From IMG/VR virus record IMGVR_UViG_3300021339_000006, positions 12,798-76,797 of that record: a stretch of DNA of 64,000 bases. One strand, written 5' to 3'. This DNA comes from a virus. The first letter of the stretch is position 1. Every line of letters starts with the position of its first letter. A program made the position numbers and the translations under genes. This document shows positions 47,166-56,362 of the stretch, piece by piece. Under the pieces are notes generated by a model. The model was given only the letters and a program-made list of their open reading frames with translations, did not search any database and was not told the origin of the DNA.

Positions 47166-48238
47166 AGAATCTCAAAGGACTTCCTGATCCAAGTTCTCTG
47201 CGCGTCTCCAACTCCATCCCGAATCGCCAACGGCCACGGCCACTTGGGCCGGCTCTCTTCAAGGTCTTTGAGGTAATGGAGATTCACCAGTGAACGCGCA
47301 CGGAAGTTGGTGCTGACTCCATACGGCTCCTCTTCCGTCGAATTCAACTCAACACCCAGATGTCCCAACCACCGGTCCGTGTCCTCTTTAATCGAAAGCT
47401 TGGCGTTGTCATAATGCTTGTCCTTGCACTGCCTGGGATGCCGACCTTTTGTAGTCCACGCAAAACGATTCATCCGCTTTGTCACCTTACGCGAAACGTT
47501 GACCTGCATGGGAGGCACATCGTATCGGAAGCCAGTTCTCTTGTCCCACCTGGGCACGAGAATCCAGCCGTAGGATGCAAGTTTGATCCACGTTGCCGAG
47601 TCCACCGACCACCACGGCCAGCGGCACATCAGCTTCCAAGAGGTCATCGCAAAGCCGTGTGTCTTAATGACGGGCAAGAATCCATTGGACTCTGGACAGA
47701 GCTTTGTGAACAACGTGTCTGCCCAACGCATGTAAACGCCCACGCCGATTGAATGACCTAAGCCACCGATCCCAATCAGATCGTAACGCCCAGCCTCAAG
47801 GTAACGATCCACATACTTCAAGTTCGTCCCTGCATGAATCACAGGAATGGGTTGGACACCGTGCTCTTCCTCAAAGAATCGCTGCACCTCCCAAGTCAGG
47901 TCTGGATTCTGAATTACGTCCACCGTGGTGATCAGGACACCAGTGCCTTCCAGCTTCTTTACAAACACTGCAAACTTGTCGCAGTAGGCTCGGAACGCAG
48001 AACCTTTGGACAAGTCGAAGAACGAGTAATCCCCTTTGCCTCGAGGGATCGCCGCAGGTTCAAGACTGCGTCCGTGCTTCCCGATCTTCTCCTTGTGCCC
48101 TACATGGAGGTTGAACAACGAGTAAGCGCCCGAGTCAACAAACATGGACTGGCAGGACAGATCGCCGTCCTCGATCTCTGTCCAAGAACGGCTGTCTCGG
48201 ATCATCCGTCGGTTAATCTCCTTCAGCGATTCACTCAT
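47162..48238 (-). CDS. dpdA: DNA 7-deazaguanine transglycosylase (DpdA/TGT-like)
   Basis: FVDSGAYS, DVI, PIPVIH, IGIGG, THGFA and SVDSATW motifs; clustered with folE/queE/queD. Confidence 0.8.
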   Translation of the reverse strand: MSESLKEINRRMIRDSRSWTEIEDGDLSCQSMFVDSGAYSLFNLHVGHKEKIGKHGRSLEPAAIPRGKGDYSFFDLSKGSAFRAYCDKFAVFVKKLEGTGVLITTVDVIQNPDLTWEVQRFFEEEHGVQPIPVIHAGTNLKYVDRYLEAGRYDLIGIGGLGHSIGVGVYMRWADTLFTKLCPESNGFLPVIKTHGFAMTSWKLMCRWPWWSVDSATWIKLASYGWILVPRWDKRTGFRYDVPPMQVNVSRKVTKRMNRFAWTTKGRHPRQCKDKHYDNAKLSIKEDTDRWLGHLGVELNSTEEEPYGVSTNFRARSLVNLHYLKDLEESRPKWPWPLAIRDGVGDAQRTWIRKSFEIL

Positions 48239-48444
48239 TGCTGTAGGTGCTCCTTTGCTTGCGCAACCACGCACCCGTGCTTGTGTCGAACTTGAGGAGG
48301 TGTCTTGCCAGTGTCATTGCAGTGGACACAATACCACTCAACCGAAAGGATTGTGTCCAACATAGACATCCCTCTGCGTGCTGGACGCTCCTTGATAGCA
48401 AGGTCAACCATCTCACTTAAAAGCTGCTTGGTGCTTTTACTCAT
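48235..48444 (-). CDS. small Zn-binding hypothetical protein
   Basis: CVHC...H..GC. Confidence 0.5.
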   Translation of the reverse strand: MSKSTKQLLSEMVDLAIKERPARRGMSMLDTILSVEWYCVHCNDTGKTPPQVRHKHGCVVAQAKEHLQQ

Positions 48445-49030
48445 TGTTGGACTTTGCCAATTCGATCAGCTTGTAGAATTCAGCACGCACCTCTGCCTTC
48501 AAAAACGTGCCGCGCAACTGGGAGGTGACCATTACCGCTTTTTGTTTCTGCACGCCTCGGCACGCCATGCATTGGTGCTTTGCCTGAATCACAACACCAA
48601 CACCGGCCGGCTTGAGATGCTTCGACATTGCGTCCGCAATCTCCACTGTCATCTTTTCCTGAATCTGCAACCGCCGCGCAAAGCAATCCACCAAACGCGC
48701 CATCTTGGACAGTCCCACCACACGTGACTTCCTCTTCGATGGCAGATAGGCAATGTGCGCGTAGCCAACAAACGGAAGCAGATGGTGCTCGCATACAGAA
48801 CTGAATTCGATCCACGAGCAGTTAATCATTTGATCGTAACGGCCCGCAGCGAAATCACGCTCCAGTATTTCCTCTGGACGCTGGCAGTAGCCTAGCGTCA
48901 TCTCGTCCCATGCACGCACCACCCTGTCGGGCGTGTCCTGGAGGCCGTCCCTGTCAACGTCCTCACCGACATAGCTGAGCAAGGTGCGAATCGCCTCTCG
49001 CGCCATCACTTCTGTTGCCTGTTCCTTCAT
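48437..49030 (-). CDS. folE: GTP cyclohydrolase I
   Basis: TPDRV, CEHHLLPF, GLSK.AR, LQIQE and H.CM..RGV motifs. Confidence 0.95.
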   Translation of the reverse strand: MKEQATEVMAREAIRTLLSYVGEDVDRDGLQDTPDRVVRAWDEMTLGYCQRPEEILERDFAAGRYDQMINCSWIEFSSVCEHHLLPFVGYAHIAYLPSKRKSRVVGLSKMARLVDCFARRLQIQEKMTVEIADAMSKHLKPAGVGVVIQAKHQCMACRGVQKQKAVMVTSQLRGTFLKAEVRAEFYKLIELAKSNNE

Positions 49031-49732
49031 TCAATAGCCTTTTGCTGGATCGCCTCCCAATGGGACTGGCGTCCTGCTCCTACTATCTGCGAGGTCCACG
49101 GCATACAACTTGTGAAGCTGCCATCCAGCGCGCAGTGGCTGCCCTCGATAGCACTGCACCACAGCCTCGGAGATCGCGTTCAGCACTGCCGGATTCTTCC
49201 GCTGACTCCACTCTGGGTGCAACCAAACCGAATTGGGAATCGGATCAGTCCCGAACGCCTCCTCCAACGCCTTCAGGTAGAAATCAATGTCTGCTGGCGT
49301 TTCGATGATCAGCTTGAACTCATCTGCCTGCTGGATGTTCTCAACCAATGGCATTTTCCACTTCTTGGGTGAGAGGGTTATGAAATCGAAATGACCCTTC
49401 ATCGGAAACGATCCACTCGTCTCCAAATGAACCTGCATGAAAGAGGTGCGCAGTTCGTGCGTCAATTCTGTGAGGTCATGAACAGTCGGCTCGCCTCCAG
49501 TAATGACAACAAAATCAACGATGGGATCCGCGCACGCCTCGACACGAATCTCCTCTGCCGACATGCGCTTGATGTCCTTGGGCACATGGTCTGGATGCCA
49601 AGTGCCTGCGCTGTCGCACCAAGGGCATTGCACTGGGCAGCCGAATGTCCTCAGGAAATAGGCTGGGCGTCCCATGTGGGTGCCCTCACCTTGGAACGTC
49701 CTGAATCGCTCGTGTATTGGATACAACTTCAT
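49031..49732 (-). CDS. queE: 7-carboxy-7-deazaguanine synthase (radical SAM)
   Basis: FQGEG, CPVQCPWCD, TGGEP, ETSG, SPK and QLHK motifs. Confidence 0.93.
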   Translation of the reverse strand: MKLYPIHERFRTFQGEGTHMGRPAYFLRTFGCPVQCPWCDSAGTWHPDHVPKDIKRMSAEEIRVEACADPIVDFVVITGGEPTVHDLTELTHELRTSFMQVHLETSGSFPMKGHFDFITLSPKKWKMPLVENIQQADEFKLIIETPADIDFYLKALEEAFGTDPIPNSVWLHPEWSQRKNPAVLNAISEAVVQCYRGQPLRAGWQLHKLYAVDLADSRSRTPVPLGGDPAKGY

Positions 49733-50094
49733 GGTTGGTAAATGCAAGACGAGGTGCAAGTTTCGTCAATCTCGATGGCAACGAGGCTGGGCAAGCTGTC
49801 CTTGAGTCGCTCGTAAATCCAACGCGCTAATTCCTCGCTGGTTGGATTCTCAAGGCCAGTGGTCTCGTTGAGATAGTGGTGATCCAACCTCTCCTCAACA
49901 AACGACTTCACCTCCTTGGAGATGGTGCCGAAGTCCATCAGCATTCCCTGCTTCGGCCCATAGAAGATAAGCTTCTCACCCTGCACCACAACGCGCATCA
50001 CCCACGAGTGTCCGTGCAATCGTTGGCACTTTCCATCATGGTGAGGCAGCTTGTGGGCTGCCTCGAATTTGAATTCCTTTTTGAGTGTAAACAT
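49729..50094 (-). CDS. queD: 6-carboxy-5,6,7,8-tetrahydropterin synthase
   Basis: FEAAH, C.RLHGHS, DF, LDH..LN and PTSE motifs. Confidence 0.95.
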   Translation of the reverse strand: MFTLKKEFKFEAAHKLPHHDGKCQRLHGHSWVMRVVVQGEKLIFYGPKQGMLMDFGTISKEVKSFVEERLDHHYLNETTGLENPTSEELARWIYERLKDSLPSLVAIEIDETCTSSCIYQP

Positions 50095-50107
50095 TTTCGT
50101 TCTCGAA

Positions 50108-50136
50108 AGGGTGCCGGCATCTGCGTCCGGCACCCT
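50108..50136 (-). terminator. 10-bp hairpin in the queD leader
   Basis: AGGGTGCCGG/CCGGCACCCT. Confidence 0.45.
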
Positions 50137-50163
50137 CCTTGAACGTATTATCTGCGCACTGCG

Positions 50164-50763
50164 TTACGCGCTCTTGATTTTCTTCAACGCGCTGGGAGTG
50201 AGTTTGTATTGGATCAGCGTCTGCGCCTCCACCAGCCCGTCTCGACGTGCCCGACGCAAGCGGATGCGTGCCTGCTTGAGCGTGACGCCAGCAGCCTTCG
50301 CAATCTCCTCGTCGGATTGGAACTCCTCGGTGAGCTTGCTGTTGACCTGGTAGCGGTTGGTGCCCTTCGCGCAGCCGAAAGCGTCGCGTTCAGTTTCTTC
50401 CTTCGGCGCTTTGACTTTCTTTTCCTTCTTGGGCTTCTTCTCTTTCTTCGCGGGCTTGTCCTTCTTCTCCTTCTTGCCGCCCTTCTCTTCCTTGGGCGCT
50501 TTGTCCTTCTTGGGCTTGCCGTTCTTCTCAGCCTTCGCGCCGTCTTCGCCGCCCTCGTCCACCAACAGTTCGATCTCGTCGCCTTCGTCGATGGAAGACA
50601 GATTGTTGTAATCCTTGATGAACTTGTCGCCCACCTTGTCCGCTTCCACCTTGGTCGGCACCATGCGCAGTTTGCTGATGAGCTTTTCGTCATCCCACTC
50701 CGACGCCTTTTCCTGCCCGAGGCTCAGCATTAGTGCCACCGCCTGTGTCCGTTTGATCTTCAT
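50164..50763 (-). CDS. DNA-binding protein with Lys-rich linker and C-terminal winged HTH
   Basis: KKEKKPKKEKK linker; EEIAKAAGVTLKQARIRL.....GLV. Confidence 0.6.
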   Translation of the reverse strand: MKIKRTQAVALMLSLGQEKASEWDDEKLISKLRMVPTKVEADKVGDKFIKDYNNLSSIDEGDEIELLVDEGGEDGAKAEKNGKPKKDKAPKEEKGGKKEKKDKPAKKEKKPKKEKKVKAPKEETERDAFGCAKGTNRYQVNSKLTEEFQSDEEIAKAAGVTLKQARIRLRRARRDGLVEAQTLIQYKLTPSALKKIKSA

Positions 50764-50866
50764 ATCTGACTCTGTTCTTTCTTTTGTTGTGTTGCGTGTT
50801 TGCAACTTGGTTCATCAGCATTATCTGACGACGAGCATCGTATGCACACCTTTTGTGGAATTATTT

Positions 50867-52264
50867 TCAGAACGTGGAAAGGAGGCAGGGACAAGCGATT
50901 CCCAAGTTCCCTGCTGTCCACACGTTGTCTGTGTCTGCCCACTCGCCATCTCGAAGGAATACCCAGTTCAGACGGTAAATACCCATCTTCTTTTCGTCCG
51001 ACGTTTGATTGATCCCGCACATGCCAGTCACGTGCGCGTTCTTGCGCTTGTCCTCAGAAAAGTCCTTCTTGCGTATCATCCTCGAATCGTAAGCCGTCGC
51101 CGCTGCCTGGGTAGCGGTAACGACCAAGCAGTGGTTGTCCAAAGAAACCCGACGCATGATCTTCCACGATTCGTTCACCTGGTGTCGGTATTCCATGGAC
51201 TTGGTGGACGCTTCCGGCGCCAGCAAATCTATGTAATCCACCACCACCACATCAGCCACCCAACCATCTCTTGCAAACTCTGCAACGTCCCGTTCGATGT
51301 CACTTGCAGAAATTACTGACGCACCAACGCAGCGCACCTTGACTGGAAGTTCCTTGGACGCTGTGGCCTGCCTCAGCTTCTCCGCTACTGCCGCCACGTC
51401 TTTCCTTGAAAGTCCAATCCGGCGTTTGTTCCTAAACTTGACCCGGCCCTCTCCATCCCTCACAAGCAGGCGTCTGGGGAACCGAATGATCTTCGTCTTG
51501 AATGGACGCCTTGTTGCGCGCATGTAAAGCCGACGGAACGCCTGATCCTCGCTCATGTCACCCAAAACGTAGTAAAGCACCTTCTTCCGTTGCCGTATGC
51601 CCTGATACACAGTTTCGAGCAGCCAAAAACTTTTGCCACGTTTCTCTGGCGCAGCAAACGCAATGAACCCATCACGCTCAAAGTGTGGGGAAAGGAACTC
51701 GTCGAGGGCGCCAGGGAATTGGATCAGTGTCCTGTCCTGGTCATAATAATGAAACGTCTTCCGAATACTCTCCTTGGAAAACGGATCGCTCCAGTCGGAG
51801 GAGGAAAAGCTCACGGATTTGAAATCTGTGAGGTAGCTCTTGGCTTCCTCCGCGTCCTCATTGTCCAACGCTTGCTGCATTCCTTCTGCCGTGCGCGTCA
51901 ACCGAACGCGCTCAAAGTAGGCTGAGGAAAGGTCGATGAGGTATTTCTCATTCATCTCTTCTGCCACTGCCTCATGGTCTTTGCTGAGCCTGGACAGGAA
52001 CGCCTCGATTACTTCTGCAACGTCCGGATCTTTTATTTTGTCCGCGTGTTTGTGATACAGGTTGGTAATGTGTTTGCGTGGTGCTTTGTGGTAGCGACCG
52101 AAGTAGGCAAAACACCAATGCGCTATAAGGTTCGACCACTTGTTCTCAAAGGGACGTTTCTCACCAGCCATCCTCCCGTGGACGGCAGCAAGCACGCCAT
52201 CGTTAACAATTAACGCAACAAGGATGGCGCGTTCCTCATTGGACTTTACAGGGACGGACTTCAT
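50867..52264 (-). CDS. replicative helicase (DnaB-like)
   Basis: APEKRGKS, VVVDY, ATQ and SED..K motifs. Confidence 0.85.
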   Translation of the reverse strand: MKSVPVKSNEERAILVALIVNDGVLAAVHGRMAGEKRPFENKWSNLIAHWCFAYFGRYHKAPRKHITNLYHKHADKIKDPDVAEVIEAFLSRLSKDHEAVAEEMNEKYLIDLSSAYFERVRLTRTAEGMQQALDNEDAEEAKSYLTDFKSVSFSSSDWSDPFSKESIRKTFHYYDQDRTLIQFPGALDEFLSPHFERDGFIAFAAPEKRGKSFWLLETVYQGIRQRKKVLYYVLGDMSEDQAFRRLYMRATRRPFKTKIIRFPRRLLVRDGEGRVKFRNKRRIGLSRKDVAAVAEKLRQATASKELPVKVRCVGASVISASDIERDVAEFARDGWVADVVVVDYIDLLAPEASTKSMEYRHQVNESWKIMRRVSLDNHCLVVTATQAAATAYDSRMIRKKDFSEDKRKNAHVTGMCGINQTSDEKKMGIYRLNWVFLRDGEWADTDNVWTAGNLGIACPCLLSTF

Positions 52265-53160
52265 CGAAGTCCCATCGCTTTGAGCCGTTCAGGCGTGACT
52301 CTGGTTATCACGTCGTCGGGATCGTGTTTTCCATTCTTCCTGGGAGATTGCTGTCTCTTCATTGCGTCTTCAATCCGCACAAACTTCCCAAAGAAACTCT
52401 TGAACGTGTAACACTTAGGAACAAATTGGTCATCATTCCAATGGAGAAAATACCACTGCATCACTTTTTTAATTTGGTTTGGTTCAATCTGTTCAAAACA
52501 TCCCTGACAGGTTCTCGCCCAATTTTTGATTGTCCTGGGAGACCATCCTGTTCTGGTAGAACCAGGCTGTCCAACGTAGAATCTGTTTTTGATGGAAAAC
52601 TTGGCATACGCCTGGGCGAATCTCATTGCTCTGGTGATCACTGCATCCTGATCAAAGCCAAAAGAATCGTTATGTTTGACGCCGGCCTCGGGCCGCGCGT
52701 CCACTGTATTCTTACTTGTCTTATCTAGTATGTCAGATCGCATCACACTTTTATGTGATAGCCTCTCACACTTTTGTGTGATAGCTCTCACACTTTTGTG
52801 TGATAGCTGGGGTTCTTGGAAAGTAGTCCTCAAAGAGCGTCGGTTTCCAGGCAAACGCACCACTTTTACCAAACCCAGTTTTTCAAACTTTAGTATGGAA
52901 CATGACACCCAGTTTCTGGATTTCCCCCACCACACGGACAACCATCGGTTAGATGCTGTGCATCCTTTCTTTCGTTTGCACAGTGCGTTGATTTTTGAGA
53001 GCAACATCATCTCTTCGGCATTCAACACACGAGGCTGGTTCCGGCTGCCATCTGAGTTGGTGTCATCATAAAGTATTTTCACTTCCAATGGAATGAACCA
53101 TCCACGGGGCTGCTCTTCGTGAAGCTCCAACGCCTCTGCTTTGTGGTCTGCGTATCTCAT
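52261..53160 (-). CDS. replication initiator (lambda O-like; N-terminal wHTH, internal iterons)
   Basis: GCTASN..L...S...I..F...GLV wHTH; direct repeats in mid-gene; upstream of helicase. Confidence 0.7.
   Translation of the reverse strand: MRYADHKAEALELHEEQPRGWFIPLEVKILYDDTNSDGSRNQPRVLNAEEMMLLSKINALCKRKKGCTASNRWLSVWWGKSRNWVSCSILKFEKLGLVKVVRLPGNRRSLRTTFQEPQLSHKSVRAITQKCERLSHKSVMRSDILDKTSKNTVDARPEAGVKHNDSFGFDQDAVITRAMRFAQAYAKFSIKNRFYVGQPGSTRTGWSPRTIKNWARTCQGCFEQIEPNQIKKVMQWYFLHWNDDQFVPKCYTFKSFFGKFVRIEDAMKRQQSPRKNGKHDPDDVITRVTPERLKAMGLR
52743..52807. repeat. three 20-bp iterons (putative origin)
   Basis: TCACACTTTT(A/G)TGTGATAGC at 52743, 52766 and 52788. Confidence 0.8.
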
Positions 53161-53165
53161 AATCC

Positions 53166-53265
53166 AAAAAGAAACCGCCGTCCCTGGGAGGTCGAAATGG
53201 CGTAGGACGTGCCACTCCCAAAGACGGCGATCAAAGTCTTCATCCCTACTTGGCTTTCGACAGCC
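53166..53265 (-). promoter_or_regulatory. structured leader/attenuator with two complementary box pairs
   Basis: Long hairpin 53176-53229 followed by a U-tract; boxes GTCGAAA/TTTCGAC and GTAGG/CCTAC. Confidence 0.55.
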
Positions 53266-53307
53266 GCTTTCATTGCATTTCCATTATCTCCTACACCGCT
53301 TTATTTC

Positions 53308-53329
53308 CGCCCTCAGCCTGACCTAGGCA
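53308..53329 (-). repeat. 22-bp dispersed intergenic repeat
   Basis: Exact copy of 30582-30603 in the opposite orientation. Confidence 0.85.
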
Positions 53330-53387
53330 ACGTTTTGACGCCGATTGCGCACGTATGCACGCTCCCGCCTGCTGTCCTAAACGCGTC

Positions 53388-54254
53388 CTAGAGCCCAGCA
53401 AGGCGGCGCAGCGCAGCAATCTCTTTTGGCTTTGCCTCACCTGGATCTTTGGCATCGAGGATTACGTTCTCAGTCCTGCCAGGAAACACAGCAAGCTCTC
53501 CTGCCAGCTTGCGCGCCTCACGCTGTGCCTCCTTTGAGGAGTCAAAGCACACAAAGCGAAACGGAATGCCAGACAACAAACGAACCTGCGCCGGCGTGTA
53601 GGACGTTCCAAAGACGCCTACCGAACCAGGCCCCACCTTCCACACGTCCAGCGGACCTTCACAAATTACCACTGACTGCGCGCAGTAGTCCAGTCCATAC
53701 AGGATGCGCTTGTGGTTCACAGCCTCCTCCTCAGCGCCGGCTGAAATGTAACGCTGCGCAACATCTGATCCCACTGCGCGCGTAGTCCAACTCACACGCC
53801 TGTTTTGGTAGTAGATCGGAATGTAAATGCGCCATCCAAGTCTGCCTGCAATCCCGATGCCTTCGATCTCCCACATGCCTTGCACTTGCTCCGGCTTGTA
53901 ACCACGTCCGCACAAGTATTCTTTGTGGATGCGTTTCAACGGCCCACGCCCTTTTGGTTCAATCAACTTTCCACGGACAGCTTCTCTGGGCGCCACGTGC
54001 TCGTGTTCCAGTCCCTTCCAGAACTGCCCAAGGATGGCTTTGGAAGCGCCGAGCCTTTGCAGCGTAACGTAGGCAGGATGGAACCCACAGCGCCAGCAAT
54101 TCGTATATCTCGATCCCAACCGATAGCCGAGATGGTAATTTGTGGAAGAGCAGAACACACAGTCACGAAGCTGTATCCATCCAGGTCGGCAATGGGAACT
54201 GCCACTCTCCAAATACGCCACCTTCAACTCATCGAGTAAATCCCGAAACGTCAT
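53388..54254 (-). CDS. DNA primase (Zn finger + TOPRIM)
   Basis: CVFC...CWRC, ICEGPLD, FD and KDPG motifs. Confidence 0.85.
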   Translation of the reverse strand: MTFRDLLDELKVAYLESGSSHCRPGWIQLRDCVFCSSTNYHLGYRLGSRYTNCWRCGFHPAYVTLQRLGASKAILGQFWKGLEHEHVAPREAVRGKLIEPKGRGPLKRIHKEYLCGRGYKPEQVQGMWEIEGIGIAGRLGWRIYIPIYYQNRRVSWTTRAVGSDVAQRYISAGAEEEAVNHKRILYGLDYCAQSVVICEGPLDVWKVGPGSVGVFGTSYTPAQVRLLSGIPFRFVCFDSSKEAQREARKLAGELAVFPGRTENVILDAKDPGEAKPKEIAALRRLAGL

Positions 54255-54811
54255 ACGTGCTTCCAAGTGTGGTAGCTTACAATGGAGGTCACACCACTCC
54301 TGCGAAGTCCAAATCGTTTTGCGATACTTAAATGGATTTCTTGATTGGCGGCCCTGGCACGAATCTGCCGCACAAGACCGGCCGTGAGATTCGTTTTAGA
54401 ATGAAACTCACCTCTTCGTTTGATATAACTTTCAGGGTTCGGTTTTTTCCAAACAGTGCCGTTTCGGATAGCATCTTCATGGTTTTCCACCATGGTTCCC
54501 CACCTCAAATTTTCTAGTTTGTTGTTGAGACCATCATCATCCCAATGACAACAACATTTTCTTTTCGGACGCAGACCTACAAATTCTTCAAGGACAAGAC
54601 GGTGAACAAAAACCAGTCTGTGTTTCCCTGCGTTTCGATTGTGAAGACACACTCGATTGTAAAAGCGCCCGCTTTTTGTGACTGTAGTTTTGCCCTTCAG
54701 TCTTTTCCAGCGTTGCTGGTGTTTTCTATCAAAGCGAAAAGACCAGACACTACCATCGTCCCCGACTCGATAGTGTGGAAAACCGCGAATGATTTTATAT
54801 CGGACTGTCAC
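54251..54811 (-). mobile_element. NUMOD4-HNH homing endonuclease
   Basis: Y.VGDDG.VWS, VHRLV..FVG and H.DD...NN.LENLRWGT..EN motifs; AT-richer than flanks. Confidence 0.85.
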
Positions 54812-55011
54812 CGCAGCTTAGGGCGTTGTCCTTTGCTCTCGGCGTAAATTTTCATGAACTTGAAAATCATTTCTCTCATCGACTTGCCGTTCAACGCACA
54901 AGCTGCCTTGTAGGCTTTTTTCAGTTCGGGTGGAACGTTCTCGAGGAACATCGCGCCTCGATATTCGGAAGGATCCCGCATAAGCCCTTCGCCTTTAATT
55001 TTTGCTGGCAT
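54808..55011 (-). CDS. ribbon-helix-helix-like regulator
   Basis: LENVPPELKKAYKAACALNGKSMRE. Confidence 0.6.
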   Translation of the reverse strand: MPAKIKGEGLMRDPSEYRGAMFLENVPPELKKAYKAACALNGKSMREMIFKFMKIYAESKGQRPKLR

Positions 55012-56362
55012 GAGTTATTCCTTTCAACAGTTCCTCAAAGATATCTAAGTCCGACACGTCTGCATCGCCGTCCAGAATCGCTCTTAGTATCTTACGCTTG
55101 CGTTTCAAGATACGCACCTGCCCTTCCTCGATGGTGCCTTTCGCGAACAAGTAGTAAACCATGACACGGCGCTTTTGCCCGATGCGATGCAGCCGATCCT
55201 CACCCTGCGCCAGCAATCCTGGAGTCCAGGGAAAGTCCAGAGACACCACGTAGGCAGCGGCTGTGAGCGTGATGCCGATCCCAGCTGCCTTCCAATTGCC
55301 AAACATCAAGTCCTTGCGCTTGTTAGATTGGAACTGGCGGACTGTCTCGTGCCGCATCTTTCCTTTCACCCGCCCGTCGATCACAAGCGCACGCGAGCCA
55401 AACTTTTCCTTGAGTCTGTCGATCACCTTTCGGTGCATGGTAAAGCACACCAGCTTCTCGCCTGGGTGCGTGACGAGGAAGTTCTCGATCCATGCAATCG
55501 TCTGTTCCAATTTCAGCTTGGCGCACAGGCGCAGGAGGTAGCCGACCTTGGCAAGTGACTCCATCTTCTTGGCACGGTTCGCACGCGCTGCGCTCTGCTC
55601 CTTCAGCCATTCCAGGAAGTGCTTCTCAGCGTAGGCATACTCCTGTTCTGCCTTCCGACTCAACTTGAGCGGAACAGCCTGGCGAATCTTGTCCGGCAGT
55701 TCCTTGAGCACGTCCTTCTTCAACCGACGGATCATGCATTCCTTTTGAAGGATTCCATGCAGCTCTGCCTTGTTGGTCGCACCGGTATATTTCCAACCCC
55801 AGTGCGTGTAGCGAGGCTGGCAGTAGCGCCAAGCAAACTCGGAGAAGGATGGGAACAGATCTGGACGGATCGCCTTCAGTGTGGGCCACAATTCCACAGG
55901 ACGGTTGACAAGTGGCGTCCCGCTGAGCCCGACCACTGAATCGACGCCCTTCACCAACTTGAGGACAGCTCTCGTTCGATCGGTTGATCTGTTCTGAATG
56001 TAATGGACTTCATCAAGGACAACACAACGTGGCTTCCAACGCCTCAGGATTTTCAACCACGATGTAAGAATGTCGTAATTGAGGATGATGATGTCGCATG
56101 GTGGGCGCCTGTGCTTGCCCTTGGCGCGTCCTTCCAGGACTTCCGTCCGCATGTTGAAATGCAGCGCAGCTTCAGCCTGCCAGGTGTATTTAACGGAAGC
56201 AGGAACAACGATGACGACGGGCCGGCGTTTTGGAATGCGTCGAATCCAGTCCAAGGCTTGGATCGTTTTGCCAAGCCCTTGTTCATCAGCCAGCAGAGCC
56301 CTTCCTCGGAAATTGTAGATCGCCCTGACGCCTTCGATCTGGAAGGGCTTGAGTTCAGTCAT
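54995..56362 (-). CDS. SNF2-family helicase
   Basis: LADEQGLGKT, DEVH, SGTP and QGEDRLHRIGQ motifs. Confidence 0.92.
   Translation of the reverse strand: MTELKPFQIEGVRAIYNFRGRALLADEQGLGKTIQALDWIRRIPKRRPVVIVVPASVKYTWQAEAALHFNMRTEVLEGRAKGKHRRPPCDIIILNYDILTSWLKILRRWKPRCVVLDEVHYIQNRSTDRTRAVLKLVKGVDSVVGLSGTPLVNRPVELWPTLKAIRPDLFPSFSEFAWRYCQPRYTHWGWKYTGATNKAELHGILQKECMIRRLKKDVLKELPDKIRQAVPLKLSRKAEQEYAYAEKHFLEWLKEQSAARANRAKKMESLAKVGYLLRLCAKLKLEQTIAWIENFLVTHPGEKLVCFTMHRKVIDRLKEKFGSRALVIDGRVKGKMRHETVRQFQSNKRKDLMFGNWKAAGIGITLTAAAYVVSLDFPWTPGLLAQGEDRLHRIGQKRRVMVYYLFAKGTIEEGQVRILKRKRKILRAILDGDADVSDLDIFEELLKGITHASKN

Noticed and set aside
50095-50146. preQ1 riboswitch in the queD leader
   Set aside because: Only a plain GC hairpin; the preQ1-I loop and A-rich tail consensus is absent.
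52743-52807. Possible mini CRISPR array
   Set aside because: Repeats are separated by only 2-3 nt, lie within a gene and have no cas genes; iterons fit better.
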